Assembly: GCA_002269645.1 (NCBI GenBank)
Contig: NIVC01002082.1
Location: 61,788-125,787, forward strand
Length of the DNA stretch: 64,000 nt
Source: Macrostomum lignano
Lineage: Eukaryota
Direction of reading: 5' to 3'
This document shows, one piece after another, positions 1 through 12,248 of this stretch. The position numbers were made by a program, and so were the translations under genes. Position 1 is the stretch's first letter; each line of letters opens with the position of its first letter. A model generated the notes under the pieces. The model was not told the origin of the DNA, did no database searches, and worked only from the letters and a program-made list of their open reading frames with translations.

Positions 1-952
1 AGGCACATAGGCCAACTGGTAGAATATCTGTCTACTGCCTGGCGGAGCAAACGACATGCCAATCTCGCCTAAATCAGTATAAACCGGACGGCCGGGCTCT
101 TTTGGACAGGCCAGACAGCCGGCCGAGCCGCTCTGACCGTCCGAGGTGCCGGCCAGAAAGAATCGAAAAGTTGACAGCCACAGCAGGTTGGTGACCCCGG
201 TAGACAAGGCGTTGCCAACAGCCTGGGTGGCGTCAATTTTTCGTTTGCAAGCCAAGTTTAAATCGAACTGTTCCAAGTGCACAAATCGTTGCTGTTGGCC
301 TGGAGACGAACAGAAACAAGCTACCAGCTGTTTGCCTCTGGGACTCCAGCAAGCTGCAGAAATTGGCCGATTAGTCAATGAGCCAACAATGGTGACGCCT
401 TCTCCGCTAGCTAGCGAGTACAGGCTCAGACTGCCGTCTGACAGCAAGCAGAACAGACTGTCTGACAGCTCGGGATTCCAGCCAATTTGGCTCACATAAA
501 TATTGGCGCGTTGGGAAGCGCGGATCTCTAAGTAAGGAGCCGGAGCTGGAGCACTGGCTGAGAACCAGGCTAATTCGTAAAGGCTAACAAATGCACCGCA
601 GGGTCCTTCGGTGGCTACGGCCAACAGGCTGCTGTCAGAGTTCACAGCTAAACCTGTAGGCCTGCCCTTGGCTGTTGGAACCGTGCAGCGAAATGCGAAT
701 TTATCAATCAACTGAGTAGATGTCTTGTGAGTAGTAAGTGTGGCTGTTTCAATATCGGCTGTATTGGTAACAACAAAGTCTGCAGCTCTGGCTGCTATGA
801 CCAGTCCCTGACTTGTGCAGGCTACAAGGCTAGTAGCAGTCGGTCTAGCCACCACATCGTTGGGATAACTGCTGCCAGCTCCCAGGTCTAGATCGATACG
901 GCCCAGTGACAGGCATTGCAAATCGTCAATATCTTTGGTTTGCATGTGGCCA
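1..952 (-). CDS. NUP214: Nucleoporin Nup214 (CAN), N-terminal beta-propeller exon; ORF runs off the window start
   Basis: Manual minus-strand translation is open from ATG 945 to base 1 (315 codons): MQTKDIDDLQCLSLGRIDL...PTGLAVNSDSSLLAVA...QIGWNPELSDSLFCLLSDGSLSLY...ACWSPRGKQLVAC...NLLWLSTFRFF. These match the recalled Nup214 motifs WNP..., CWSPKGKQL and VLW. Acceptor tgttccag| at 953/952. Absent from the ORF track, presumably because there is no stop inside the window. Confidence 0.85.
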
Positions 953-1128
953 CTGGAACATGCAATATTGTAAGGTTTTTAGTTTTACGAGTTTCCATGG
1001 ATGCAATGAAAAAGTGCTCAAGAATGATGACTTTTAGAGAGCAAAATTACTAAAGCATTAAATAAATAAGAATTTGAGTTAGATGAAGAATCAGTGAAAG
1101 TGAATAAATAACTTAATACACAAGCCTA

Positions 1129-1425
1129 GGAAGTTGTAACCCAGTGCTTAGAGGGTCAGACTTACGACTTGAAGGAAGGAAATTCGATTCCCGATCCAAT
1201 TAAAACAGTTTGTATCCTTGAGCATGAGCAAGATACTAATTTTTCTCTATTGCTTCAGTTCACCCAGCTGTAAAATGGGTGCCAGCATTAGCTGGGGCAA
1301 TTGAGGGTGCGTGTGGCGACCCCCCCCCATTCCTTAGACTCAACAGCTACACACAGCCTTCAGATGTACCATGCAATGTGGCTGAGCTGTCAGTTGCACA
1401 TCTGCTCATTAGGGGCAGGTGTAAT
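1129..1425 (+). mobile_element. Degenerate tRNA-derived SINE (same family as 14648-14940)
   Basis: Collinear with the 14.7-kb copy; shares attgcttcagttcacccagctgtaaaatgggtgccagc and gtgtggcgacccccc; B-box decayed to aattcgattc. Confidence 0.8.
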
Positions 1426-1973
1426 CAATTTTTATAATGCTTATAAATCAAAGAAAAGTTAGAAAAACAGAGCAATGAACCAGCTACCTTGAATTTGATT
1501 TTAAATAGTGATTTATAGAAAGAAAGTGAAATGAAAAGCTTTGTAAATAAAATAGCATTCAATATGGCATAATCAGAGCACAAATACAATTGGCAAATTT
1601 GCATTGTCATTACTATTTTGCTTATAAAAAACAAACCAATATACCTAGAAGAAAATAGTCTACTAAATCAATAAGTTTGACTAACCACTTTTATTGATAA
1701 TTTTCCTACATAAAATGTAAATGCCAAGTATATTTAGGTGGCAGTTTAATAAGCAATAAGATTTGGCAAGGAGTTGTAATTAAGCCATATTGCCAAAACT
1801 TATTTAATACCTCTTATAAAAAATCTAATTTATAAAAATAATAACCTAAATTTGCTTCCCAACATGGCAATAAATAAAATATAGGTCTTTGATAGTTTTA
1901 AAATGATTTTTTACTTTATTAGCCCAAGACAATCTTTTAAACAAAACCTTCAAAATATGTGTTATATGGGATT

Positions 1974-2734
1974 CAGTGGTGTGATTGGCAAAGGGCCATT
2001 TTTTTCGCGCCTTACAAAAAAATTTGCGCCATTGTTTACTAGTTTAAATAACATGCTAACTACATATATGTACATGTAGAAAACCAATATTTTTATGGTT
2101 TTGCTTCTTTTTTCCAGCACTAAGGATCAATCCTTGCTGTGGCAGTACTTTACCACTCATAAAAGTTTGGCCTGCACAACTAAAAAGCTAGCAGCAAATG
2201 TCCTTGGACAAAAATGGGTGTCAAAACTTCATGGTATTTGATTTCTAAACTTTTTTGAAGGACACTCTGGGGCAGGCAATGGCTATTCCTAACTTCCTAC
2301 TCAATAGCCTTCCATTTCAGCACTTGCTCAGCAATTCTTTCAGCTTCCTTCAATTTCTTCTGCTGGAGCTTGCATTTCTCCTGTCGAAGCTGTTCCAACT
2401 CTTGATCCTTCTCCTTGTTACGAATCAGCTCCAGCAGCAATCGTTGGAGCTCTCTTCAGTCTGCTTCCGTTTTGACTGGATCTCGTCTTCTTTCATTTTC
2501 AGCTGCTGCTCCAGATCCAGATTTGCATGTATTGTACACCATAACATAAAGTTTAAATTTGAATAAAGCGTGCGTGAATAGACTGAACGTGATCAGTTCA
2601 TCAGTAAAAAAATGAAAATTTGAAAATTGAAAAATCGCGCCTCTGCTTGACGAAAATCCGCGCCTGCCCTCAGAAATCGCGTATTCGCGCCTTTTTCGCG
2701 CCTGGCGCGAATTCGCGCCTCAATCACACCACTG
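1974..2734. mobile_element. Non-autonomous hAT-type DNA transposon (761 bp)
   Basis: 13-bp TIR CAGTGGTGTGATT/AATCACACCACTG; perfect 8-bp TSD ATGGGATT (1966-1973, 2735-2742); subterminal CGCGCC motifs. Confidence 0.9.
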
Positions 2735-3694
2735 ATGGGATTTCAATTTTACAAATTACATAATAGTAGCCTCATAGTCTTATATGTATTAGCTATATAA
2801 AACTAAGCCATGCACTATCTATCCATGGCAAAAAAATCTACTAGTAAAAATTAAAAATGAATAATAATCTTTACAACACTAACACATTAAGGAGAAAGAT
2901 GAACAAATTATGCTTTAGGTATCAAACCTTGACATGGTCACTTTTTAAGCTATCTCCTATAGTCCTAAAAGAGTTAATATCAACGGGATTTAGAAATTGA
3001 GTCAAATATCATAGGGAGGATTGGAGGAAGACTAAAAAGATTCCAAAGGATAACTAGTGATTATAGATAAACATTATAGAGCTTTACTATTAGCTGATAA
3101 ACAGCTTCAAGAGCTATTACAAGTGCTTGCTATTTACTCACCTATTTATTTGTCTCCCCTTTTTGCTATCTGCTCACTTATTTTGCCTGTTGTATTGCCA
3201 TTTTGCTTGCTTGCCCTTGTGCCTAATCAACCAATGTTGTGCATTGGTGTAAGGCAAGATTTAGCCACACCAATGCTCAACACAAGAGGCCTCACTATTA
3301 AGAGCACCATGGCTCTGCCCTGGCAAGACAGCACCCACAAAAGCCTATATGAGTATGACTGTTGGCTCAGGTTTGGCCTTTGCCTAAACCTGCCTGAGTG
3401 AGAGTCCCTAGACAAAGCCTACCACTAAGTAGTATAGAAACTACAACTGTTCTGCACTATCTGCTTGAAGGTAGGCAAGAAGTTTAACATATGCAAAACT
3501 ATTTGTATAGGTTTTTTTCACAAAATGAGACATAAATTAATAGGTTGATGTCTGCCCCTTTTATATAATTTTTCATAACTAGTCTTCATGCCTTTATAAT
3601 CAATTCAGTATATAGCAGCAACTTAAATTGAATTTATAATTGCTTTTTGTGCTTTCCTGCTATATTACTATATAGCTTCAGTGCTACTGGTATA

Positions 3695-4341
3695 TAGGGA
3701 TTGCAATCCCAGGATCCCAGACACTTTTTGGCCTGACAGAATCCCAGGATTAGGGGCTCGGGATCCTAGGATTGGAAACTTTTTTTGATAAAGTGGGTGA
3801 TATCTAGGAAATAACAAAATGATTGTATTTTAAATACATTATACAAGTAACATTTGCGCGTCATGATCGTGACGTGACTCCCAATTCTTGAATCGTGATT
3901 TGTGATACAATACAAGTTATACAATACATACAATACATGTGAGTCTCAAACTTATGTTTGTGTATTTGATTACTTGTGTTACTTATGTAACTTGTGTTAT
4001 ATACACAAAAGCATTGAAAAATGACTAGGAGATAATTTTGTATGCATGTATTCATATTTTATTTATATAGTAGTATAGTAGTAGTATAGTATATATCATA
4101 TATATTGTATATCATATATCTTATATAGTATAATAGTAATATATATGTATAGAATGCATTCTTAATTTCTTACATGTATGTGGGCATTAGTTGATAAAGA
4201 ATTTGAAGCGGGTTTTCTAGCATTCTATTGGCAAAAATATTTAAAATGTCAATCCCAGGATTGGGTCTGGGATCCCAGGATTGAGTCATTGCTTTGTCTA
4301 GGATCCCGGGATCATAGAACAGCCGGGATTTGCAATCCCTA
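3695..4341. mobile_element. hAT-type MITE (647 bp)
   Basis: TIR TAGGGATTGC/GCAATCCCTA; subterminal ATCCCAGGAT motifs at both ends; 8-bp flanks CTGGTATA/GTGCTATA (6/8, aged TSD). Confidence 0.8.
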
Positions 4342-4464
4342 GTGCTATACCACTTTGTTTTAGAGTAATATCAAGTAAATAGTATAGTTATAATCTTTAA
4401 ATGGTTTTAAAATTCTTTAAAGCTATAGAGAACAATATTTTATTGTTATTGTTATTGTTTAACC

Positions 4465-6052
4465 TGTCACATGTATCCCACTTGCTGTTGACATGCTGAA
4501 CACTCTACACTTCATTGGTGTCGAGTACATCGACTGTCAGGGCATTAATTGCAGACTGTTCATCCACATTCTGTTCACCATATTTGACACACCTGCCAGA
4601 GCTGATGCTCTGGGCATGAAGCAGTTCTCAGCGTGTTATGGCTGCAAGATATCTACAGTCACACTGGTCAGCATCCATCAGGTTTTGGGCATGTTTACGA
4701 CATCCAGACAACCGAGGCCATGCTCAATGAGGCCCAAAGACAGGGATACGTGCAGACCACAGTCCGGTCTATGAACGACACTTACTTACTAGCTGAGTGT
4801 CATGCCGAGCAAGGTGGCGACTTCTGTACTGATTTGCTGGACATCCAAGCATTATCGCCACTTTCTTGCCTTGCAAGTTTCGACTTCATCCGTGGAACCC
4901 CGCCATGCTACTTGCACTAATTGTGCATGGGTCTCATATGGTACATGTTATTTCAAATTTTTCTGGTCTGCCGAGAGAAGCCCAATCGTAGCGACACGAA
5001 CTGCCCCAATTTTCACGCACATACATCCAATGTGTGTCTCATCCTGCAATCTATTCGCTTGCCACGATGTGTGCAGCGGCACACTGTTTGGCGATGCAAA
5101 GACCTGCAACACCTGCGCGGTCACGAACTTGAGTTGTGGCTGCTTGTTTTTGGGCCATTTGTACTTTATCAATTTTTGCCAGAAGAGCACTACTGGCACT
5201 TTTTGTTGTTGTCCAGTTGCCATCTTCTGGATATCAACAGAGAGAGCCCCAAAATCTGAGCTGCATCATGTTGAGGGTGTCTCTTTGACATTTTCACGCG
5301 AATCTACAGCGGTTGTACAGCAGGCGTGCTCTGACTTACAATGCTCATCAAGTGTGCTGTCACATGTTGACGTATGTGACACTAGCCGGACCACTGCAAT
5401 GATAGTCTGTAGGCTTATTTGAGACTATACATAACAGAATGCGCAGAGAAATCCATGGAACTCGCCACACAGGTGTGGGTTTGGTTGGTCTTGTTGAGGG
5501 AGCCATCGCAAACTCACAGGTCAAAGTCCTGATATGCGACAACGAATTAGGTGAGCATTGCCCAAGAGTCGTGCATAATGTGCAGCTTCAGATAGTAAAC
5601 CTTCATGGCGCGCCTCGTGTAATACTTTGACAGCCTAAAAGCATGACACAGGGCTGGCGTTCTGCCACATTGCCATCAGGTCTGCACGTGGAGGTGTACC
5701 ATGCGCCAGCCAATGGGGCACGCATGAACACTGCATCTTCATTTGTAGCTATTGGTGACAACAAGCCGAAGGCATGGAGTATGATGGCAATGAAATCTTT
5801 GTTAATCTGCGCATCCTGCCAGTGCAGGATACTGATTTTGACCTGCTCGCGAGCCTGTGTGCCAACCCTGTCAATTTGCTGGACCGAGGGTGCCGATTCG
5901 CGCATGTACGTCGGCTATTAGCCGATACCTTTGGCGATTTCGGCCCTCTACTAGCTCCAGTGCGGGTGCCCATACTGGAAGTAGTTGGGTCGTGCATTGT
6001 ATCCAAAACTAAAATTGCCATGTTACCATATCCACAGACTGGTTTGTGCTAA
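4465..6052 (+). pseudogene. Decayed CMC/EnSpm (CACTA-like) transposase
   Basis: Fragments in shifting frames: DTPARADALGMKQFSACYGC; SPLSCLASFDFIRGTPPCYLH; LRGHELELWLLVFGPFVLYQFLPEEHYWHFLLL; REIHGT. These follow the order of the animal EnSpm motifs D.PARA....QF.G..GC, SPL.....D....D.MH, WKA.E...W, HGT. Many stops. Possible right end ...CCCCGCGTG at 6342 with TTCTAGAA subterminal repeats. Confidence 0.75.
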
Positions 6053-6342
6053 ATAATAACTAATTTAATACTTATGCTAATAATCATGAACTGATGACTG
6101 ATGGAGCTCAAGACTCTCCGGTAGTATATATATATAATATATAAATTATATAATGTATATACCGTATGTAGCGTGAGAACCTGGCAAAAATATATACATA
6201 GTGTTGTGTATTGCAAAAGGCAAGCAATGCGTAGGGATAGTTCGAGGACAGGGTTTCTAGAAACTTCCACAGCAAGACTTGTTTACACATTGTTCTAGAA
6301 GTTTCCTCTCTTGGTCTTTCTAGAACTTTCCTTCCCCGCGTG

Positions 6343-8580
6343 CATAAATATACGAGCCACCCTCCTATTGGCCAAGCCCTCTTTTGGTGCCACTGAGCGC
6401 CTGGATAATTATCTATCTTGTTTCTATGTTCATTAATTCAACAACAGAACATTGGCGACGAGGATGGCGGCTAGCATCCTTGCACCCACACCCTTCCTGG
6501 CAAACTGCAGATCACCGACAGTACCATGGAGCCGATGGATTGAGGCCTTTGAATTTTATTACAAGGTGGCCCAATTCTAGGAGCCCGAAGGGAAGAGGCG
6601 AAACCGCTAAAGAAGAGCCTTCTGCTCCATCTGCTTGGATTCGAAGGTCAGCAGGTTGGTCGAGCACTCTAAGCAATCAAGGAGAACGACACGTTTGCAG
6701 CAACTAAGGAAGAGCTTCGGCGAGAAGCCCAACATGATGGTGCCCAGATATCACTTCCGCCAGCAGCAGCAACTACCCGGCGAGGACGTCAAGACCTTTG
6801 TGGCAGCCCTGAGGGAGCTGACAGCTGTGATACAGCTACGGTGTGATACAGGACAATCTCATCAGAGACCAGCTAGCTGAGAAGACCAGTAACCCCAGAA
6901 TCCAAGAGAGGCTGCTGATGGAGAAGGTGGAGGACCTCAACCTGACAAAAGCACTTAGCATCGCAGTCTCCATAGAAGAAGCCTCCAAAGAAGCCAAGGT
7001 GATGGCGCCATCAACCTCAAGCACGGCGGCTGCTATACAATCGATCCGACAGCCGAGGGGCTAGAAGGTTGCTGCAAAAGGGAGGCACGCACCGCTTAGC
7101 ACCAGCTGGCAGGACAGCCAAACCAGGCGGCACCTGCACATGCTATGGGCGAGACCACAGACCGACGACCCCCTGTCTGGCCAAGGGCAAGACATGCGAC
7201 ACCTGTGGCAAGAAGAACCACTTTTGGAGTTGCTGTTAAAGCCAGCAGGCTGCTGTCAATGCCGCAAATGAGGTGATCACAGTCTACACAGTGCTAGGTG
7301 GTGACAGAGAAGTCTGGGCAACGCTGGAACTTGGACTGGACAGGACCGCTGTCAGCTTGATGGTGGACTCTGGCGCAAGGGTGTTGCTGCTGTCCCGACA
7401 GACTGTTGACTGGATCTCAGGTGCAGTCACCTCTCCTACTACGACGAAGCTGCGTGCCTACGGTGGACTGCCGATCTAGCTAAGCGGCGTCACCGAGCTG
7501 GAGGTGCACTACGGCGACAAGGCGATGCAGCACTGGTTCTCTGTTGCGCCAGGCGGCAATAACATTGTCGGTAGAGACATCCATAGAGAGCTGGGCTTCA
7601 TAGAGAGCTGGGCTTGGAGCTGGGCTTCCAAGTCAACCTTAGCAAGCAGCTGCCCGGAATCGCAAAAGTCAGCGACTTGATGACGGACTTGCAGGCACAG
7701 TACCCAACGACCTTCAGTGGTGTGATAAGATGCAGCGCCGGCGCTGTACATTAGCCCAAGGTCAACCCAGCAGTGCGACCCGTCTAGCAGCCACTCCGTT
7801 GCCTGCCCCTCATGCGACAGGAGGAGGTCGGTGCTGAACTTGACAAGATGAAGAAGGACGGCATCATTGAGCGAGTTCTCGGACTTCCTGGCTAAGCAGG
7901 GCATCTGGCACGTCAAGACCAGCCTCTACCATCCGCAGACCAACGGCTAGATGGAGCGTCTCAATCGGTTGCTGCTTGCAAGCATCAGAGTGGCCTTGGT
8001 GGAGAACAGGCCGTTTCAAGACACCGTGACCAACTTCTTGTCTGCCTACCGGAGCTCCAAGCACAGCCTGACAGGCAAGTCACCGGCCGAGCTCATGCTG
8101 GGTTGGAAGTGGCGCAACGCGATCACCATGCTGTTTCCCAGAGGGGGAATGACAACAACCAAGGTGACACCTCAGGCATTGTGGCAACAAATCGAGGCGT
8201 GGCAGCAGCAGATCAAGGCCTATACCGATGCCATACAAAGGGCCTGCCCCGAGACGTTCCACCTGAGCAAGTAGGTGAGAATCCGACAGCCCACCAAGAA
8301 GGGCAAACTGGGTACCCGGCTCTCACAGCCACTCCAAGCGCTCCACCAGGTGGGACACCACGCATACGAGCTCAGCAACGGCACCAGGTGGAACCAGCAG
8401 TGGCTGACCTGAACGCCGCACCTGGCGCAGCCGAGAGAGTGGTTCAACCCACTGGTGGACTCGGCGCCAATGACTGGAGCCGGCACTGGCGGCACAGCGG
8501 CACTGGCGGTGGAGCCTCCAAAAGAACAGCAGCACCCTGCCAATCTGAGCGAGCAAGAGAAGAGAAGAGGTGAAAAGAAA
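6343..8580 (+). mobile_element. Degenerate Ty3/Gypsy LTR retrotransposon: partial 5' LTR, gag, protease, RT/RNaseH deleted, integrase C-half; no 3' LTR found
   Basis: ...AACA-T-TGGCGACGAGG-ATG (6464) gag MAASILAPTPFL...PWSRWIEAFEFY; RYHFRQQQQLPGEDVKTFVAALREL; CCHC-like remnant; protease MVDSGA; integrase YHPQTNG*MERLNR...YRSSKHSLTGKSPAELMLG. Confidence 0.88.
6453..6463 (+). promoter_or_regulatory. Primer-binding site of the Gypsy element
   Basis: TGGCGACGAGG one base after an LTR-like ...CA end and immediately before the gag ATG. Confidence 0.7.
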
Positions 8581-11022
8581 AAGAGAAATAATCATTTGAC
8601 GGGTATCGAACAGGTTGAATCTGCAGATCATGATTCGACAGAGGCAGATCTGGAAGCCACCTGTGAAAGAGCTTTCATACAAGTGGAGGAGGCCTTACAG
8701 GAAGCCACAACGGCAATACAAAGGCTTCTTGCTTTCCAGTGGAAAGCAGCTGCGAGTGCCCCCACTATGGAAGAGCGCTCAACCATGTTGCTAGTTTTCA
8801 AAAAGCAGTGCCTACATTGTGCGGCCCTTGTCCCCCAAGTCGTCGGCGTCGCTAGAGCTGGCCAAGTCAATCCACTTAGACTTAGGCATTGGTGCCCATA
8901 TCTTATTGCATTTTAGTTTACAAGTCATATTTACACACTTGGAATATTTTACTATTCAATTTTTACAGAGCTATTTCCAATGCTAAATTATATATAAATG
9001 TAGCTGTTTATATTTGTGCTAATAAAGGCTTTTTGTTGTTCTATTCTACATATTTATTATTAAGTTTCAATGCAGAACAAAAGCTTGGCTATTCTTGAAT
9101 ATCTTTAGTCATTAAGACAAAGTATATATTTATTGCTTTAATAGTATAACTATTGCAAAAAAAGTTCATGCATTCAAAACGTTTGAGTAATATTCTTTCA
9201 AACTAAATCTAAATAGTTGACTCTGTGAGAATATATCCATAAATTATAATTGTCTTTTCAAATTTGTCTTTTTTCTTTATGGTTTAACAATAAAATGACA
9301 ATAAAAATTTGGGGTCTGATAAGGGCAACAGGGGGGGGGGGGCTAGCCCTTAATGACCCCTAGAGAACTCATGGAATTTTAAAGAATTAGTGACAACCCT
9401 TTAGCTAGCCTCTACCACCTAAATTTAATCTCTAGACACCTCCTAGATTATTTTTAAGTAGGAAACAACTATAATAATGATTGTTCAACTATGATTTTAT
9501 CTATCTTTTTTTAGAATTGAGGACTTAGCAAATAGAATAATTATGATAAAAATTTTGCTTCTTTTGTTTATATATCCCATTACTAATATTAGCTAACAGG
9601 CCTTCAGGCTCCCCTATTGGAATAAGTAGACAAAAGGCATCCAACTATCTGTTGCAATTTTAAAATTTTCTAGTGTTGTGTTGCAGCTAGACTAAAAGCC
9701 AGAAATATTGCAGTGTAGTGCAGTTTTGGGTAAATAGCAAAGGTAACTAGGCCTAAGGCTTTAAGACTTTATATGAATTTAAAAATAGCATTTCTTAAGA
9801 ATTATAATTGCTTCTATATAATAAATCAAATATTCAATAAATATACTATTGAATTTTTTAAATTTAAAATACATAAATGCAAATGCAAGTGGCAGTTCAA
9901 ATTCTTTTTAAATTATCCTACCTCCTATCCTATACTCCTAAAGATGCTGTTACATAAGGAAAATTCTCCCTACATTGTGGGGAAAAAAGTATGCAACAAG
10001 GTCCCAAGCAGTCTAGTATGGCATGCATAGTATCTAGCAGAGTTGGAAAAGTTTTTGGCAGGTTTTGCGCAACAGTATCACATTAAGTTTTTTTTTGGAA
10101 TTCTACCACTGTTAGAGCTATGACTTGCCACTAAAGCTATATATCTCTTAGGAATTATTTAGGCTTCTAAAAACATTTGATATTTTTTTAAAATAATTAT
10201 TCTACATTAACAATAATATATAGAATGCTATTAGTACTAGAAGGTAATATATTATAAGGTCACTACAATATATAAGTATTTTGTCACTCTTGTTTATCTA
10301 CTGTCTCTTATTAATATACCTGGTGAATTTGATATAATCTTCCTATGCAGTATGCAAAGCAAAATTTTTATCTAAATGGTTTTTATCTAAATATGAATTT
10401 TTGCAAGAATTCATAAAGAATCTAAACATACAGGCTAATCTTAGCAAGAGTTATACCAACCATTGTATATCTATAGGCTTTATAATAAGTTTATTTTCAA
10501 AAAAGTACACAAACAAAAAACAAAAAAGTATTCTTCATTTTTATAAATTTTCAGTTTATAAAATTATATCTAGACTATATTTATTTTTGCCTACTTTTGC
10601 AATTACTTGAGTATATAACTAAGATAGCTATATGGCTATTTATTACAAAAGATAATACTAATTAATTAGGATATAAATGCAAGAGTGTATACCTAAATGC
10701 AAGACTGTGAAAGGCTATATAAAATTTTGGCAAAGTAATGCTTTGATGAATCATAAAAATAATGTTTTGGTGAATAACAAAAACAATGTTTTGGTAAAGT
10801 GCTATAATGTTCAGGCAAATAAAAAATGTTTATACTATATATTAAAGATTAAGACCATTGCCCTAGAATTAAAGACCAATAGCAGATAGAATAAACAATG
10901 TGGATTCAAAAGAAAATATTGCACTAATTTTTTTGGCTTGAAGTACACAATTTGAAAGCAGATAAACTGCCAACCTGGACACAGTAATGGCGCATAGCCA
11001 TGGCGCATAGCCATCTCACAAA

Positions 11023-11614
11023 CCCTATAGGAAAAAGTTGTAAAACCGCGGACGGTGTCCGGCGCACTTTTGAAATTTTTCTAAAGCGCAGCGCGCGCAC
11101 AGGCGCAGCGCCTGCGCGCGCTGCCCTTTCTTACTGGCTGCTGCTCTAGCAAATACATATACATGGAAATGGGTATAATACCTCTGTTGAAGGGGCTTAT
11201 ACACTCGTAATTTATTAAGCTTAGAGATGTTCCAAAAATTCAATTTCAATTTTCCAAAATTTGAAATTTTTTAGAGCGAATTTCAATTTCGAAATATAAT
11301 TTAGAAGTGAAAATTTTGGTAGTGTCTAAAAAGTCGCTAAAAATAAACTACTTTCTACTACATATACATGTATTACTTTTTGCTTAAGCAGTAAATTGAA
11401 AGTAAAAAAGTGAGTGTTGATCATACTAAACTTTGTTTTTCTGAATTATGATTTCGGGAAATTTCAATTTTGACTTTGGAAAGTTAGCGAATTTTGATTT
11501 CGACGAAACTGCAGATCTTTCGGAACATCTCTAATAATCCTAAAGCGCGGTAAAATAGTTTGACTCTTTTCTAAAGCGCGCGTCCGCGGGTTTTTAACAT
11601 TTATTCCAATAGGG
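11023..11614. mobile_element. MITE (592 bp) with imperfect ~35-bp TIRs and 8-bp TSD; superfamily unclear
   Basis: Left CCCTATAGGAAAAAGTTGTAAAACCGCGGACG versus reverse complement of right end CCCTATTGGAATAAATGTTAAAAACCCGCGGACG; TSD CTCACAAA at 11015-11022 and 11615-11622. Confidence 0.8.
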
Positions 11615-12130
11615 CTCACAAATAAAGTGTTAATGTAACAAATTGGAAACAACTTTACATTAGAAACAAAAAAGTAATATTAGGCCTAACAGTTACAATA
11701 AAGCAGTAAAATTAATAGACATGTAAAAAGCCTTAAAGTAAAGACTACTCAAAAAAATGTCAGTAGGACTATTGAAACATAAGCTATAAAACAATATAAA
11801 CATTGGCTTACAACAAAAATTGTACACTCTGTCCTTGACAGTCATAATTTTTTATGGGGTGCTATGCTAATCTAAATATACTAAATCTCTAAGGTTTGTA
11901 TGTTTGAATGAATGTCCATAACGCTCTAGAGATTGCAATTCTTGACCAATTTAAATATACTAAATCTCTACGTCATATTACTAAAAATGAAAATATGAAA
12001 TATGAAAAATGAAAATGAAAATTTCCAAAGTTTTTTTACATTTCATAGGGGCCTACATCAAACACTTAATCAGTCTTAAAATTTTAATGAAAAAGAAGTC
12101 TTAAAATTACATAAAGGATTAGAAAGAACT

Positions 12131-12248
12131 TTCGGCTATCCTGTAGTTTCGCACATTTAATTATAACCCCCACCCCCCACCACCCTTGAATAGAGGGCGA
12201 AATAATTCTGTAAAATAATTTAACGTGCGAAACTACAGGATAGCCGAA
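12131..12248. repeat. Perfect 24-bp inverted repeat around a 70-bp spacer (mini-MITE)
   Basis: TTCGGCTATCCTGTAGTTTCGCAC (12131-12154) and its exact reverse complement (12225-12248). Confidence 0.8.

Noticed and set aside
490-515. CTCACA-TAAATAT-TGGCGCGTTGG looked like an LTR end plus PBS
   Set aside because: It lies inside the open Nup214 reading frame on the minus strand, and there is no partner LTR or gag.
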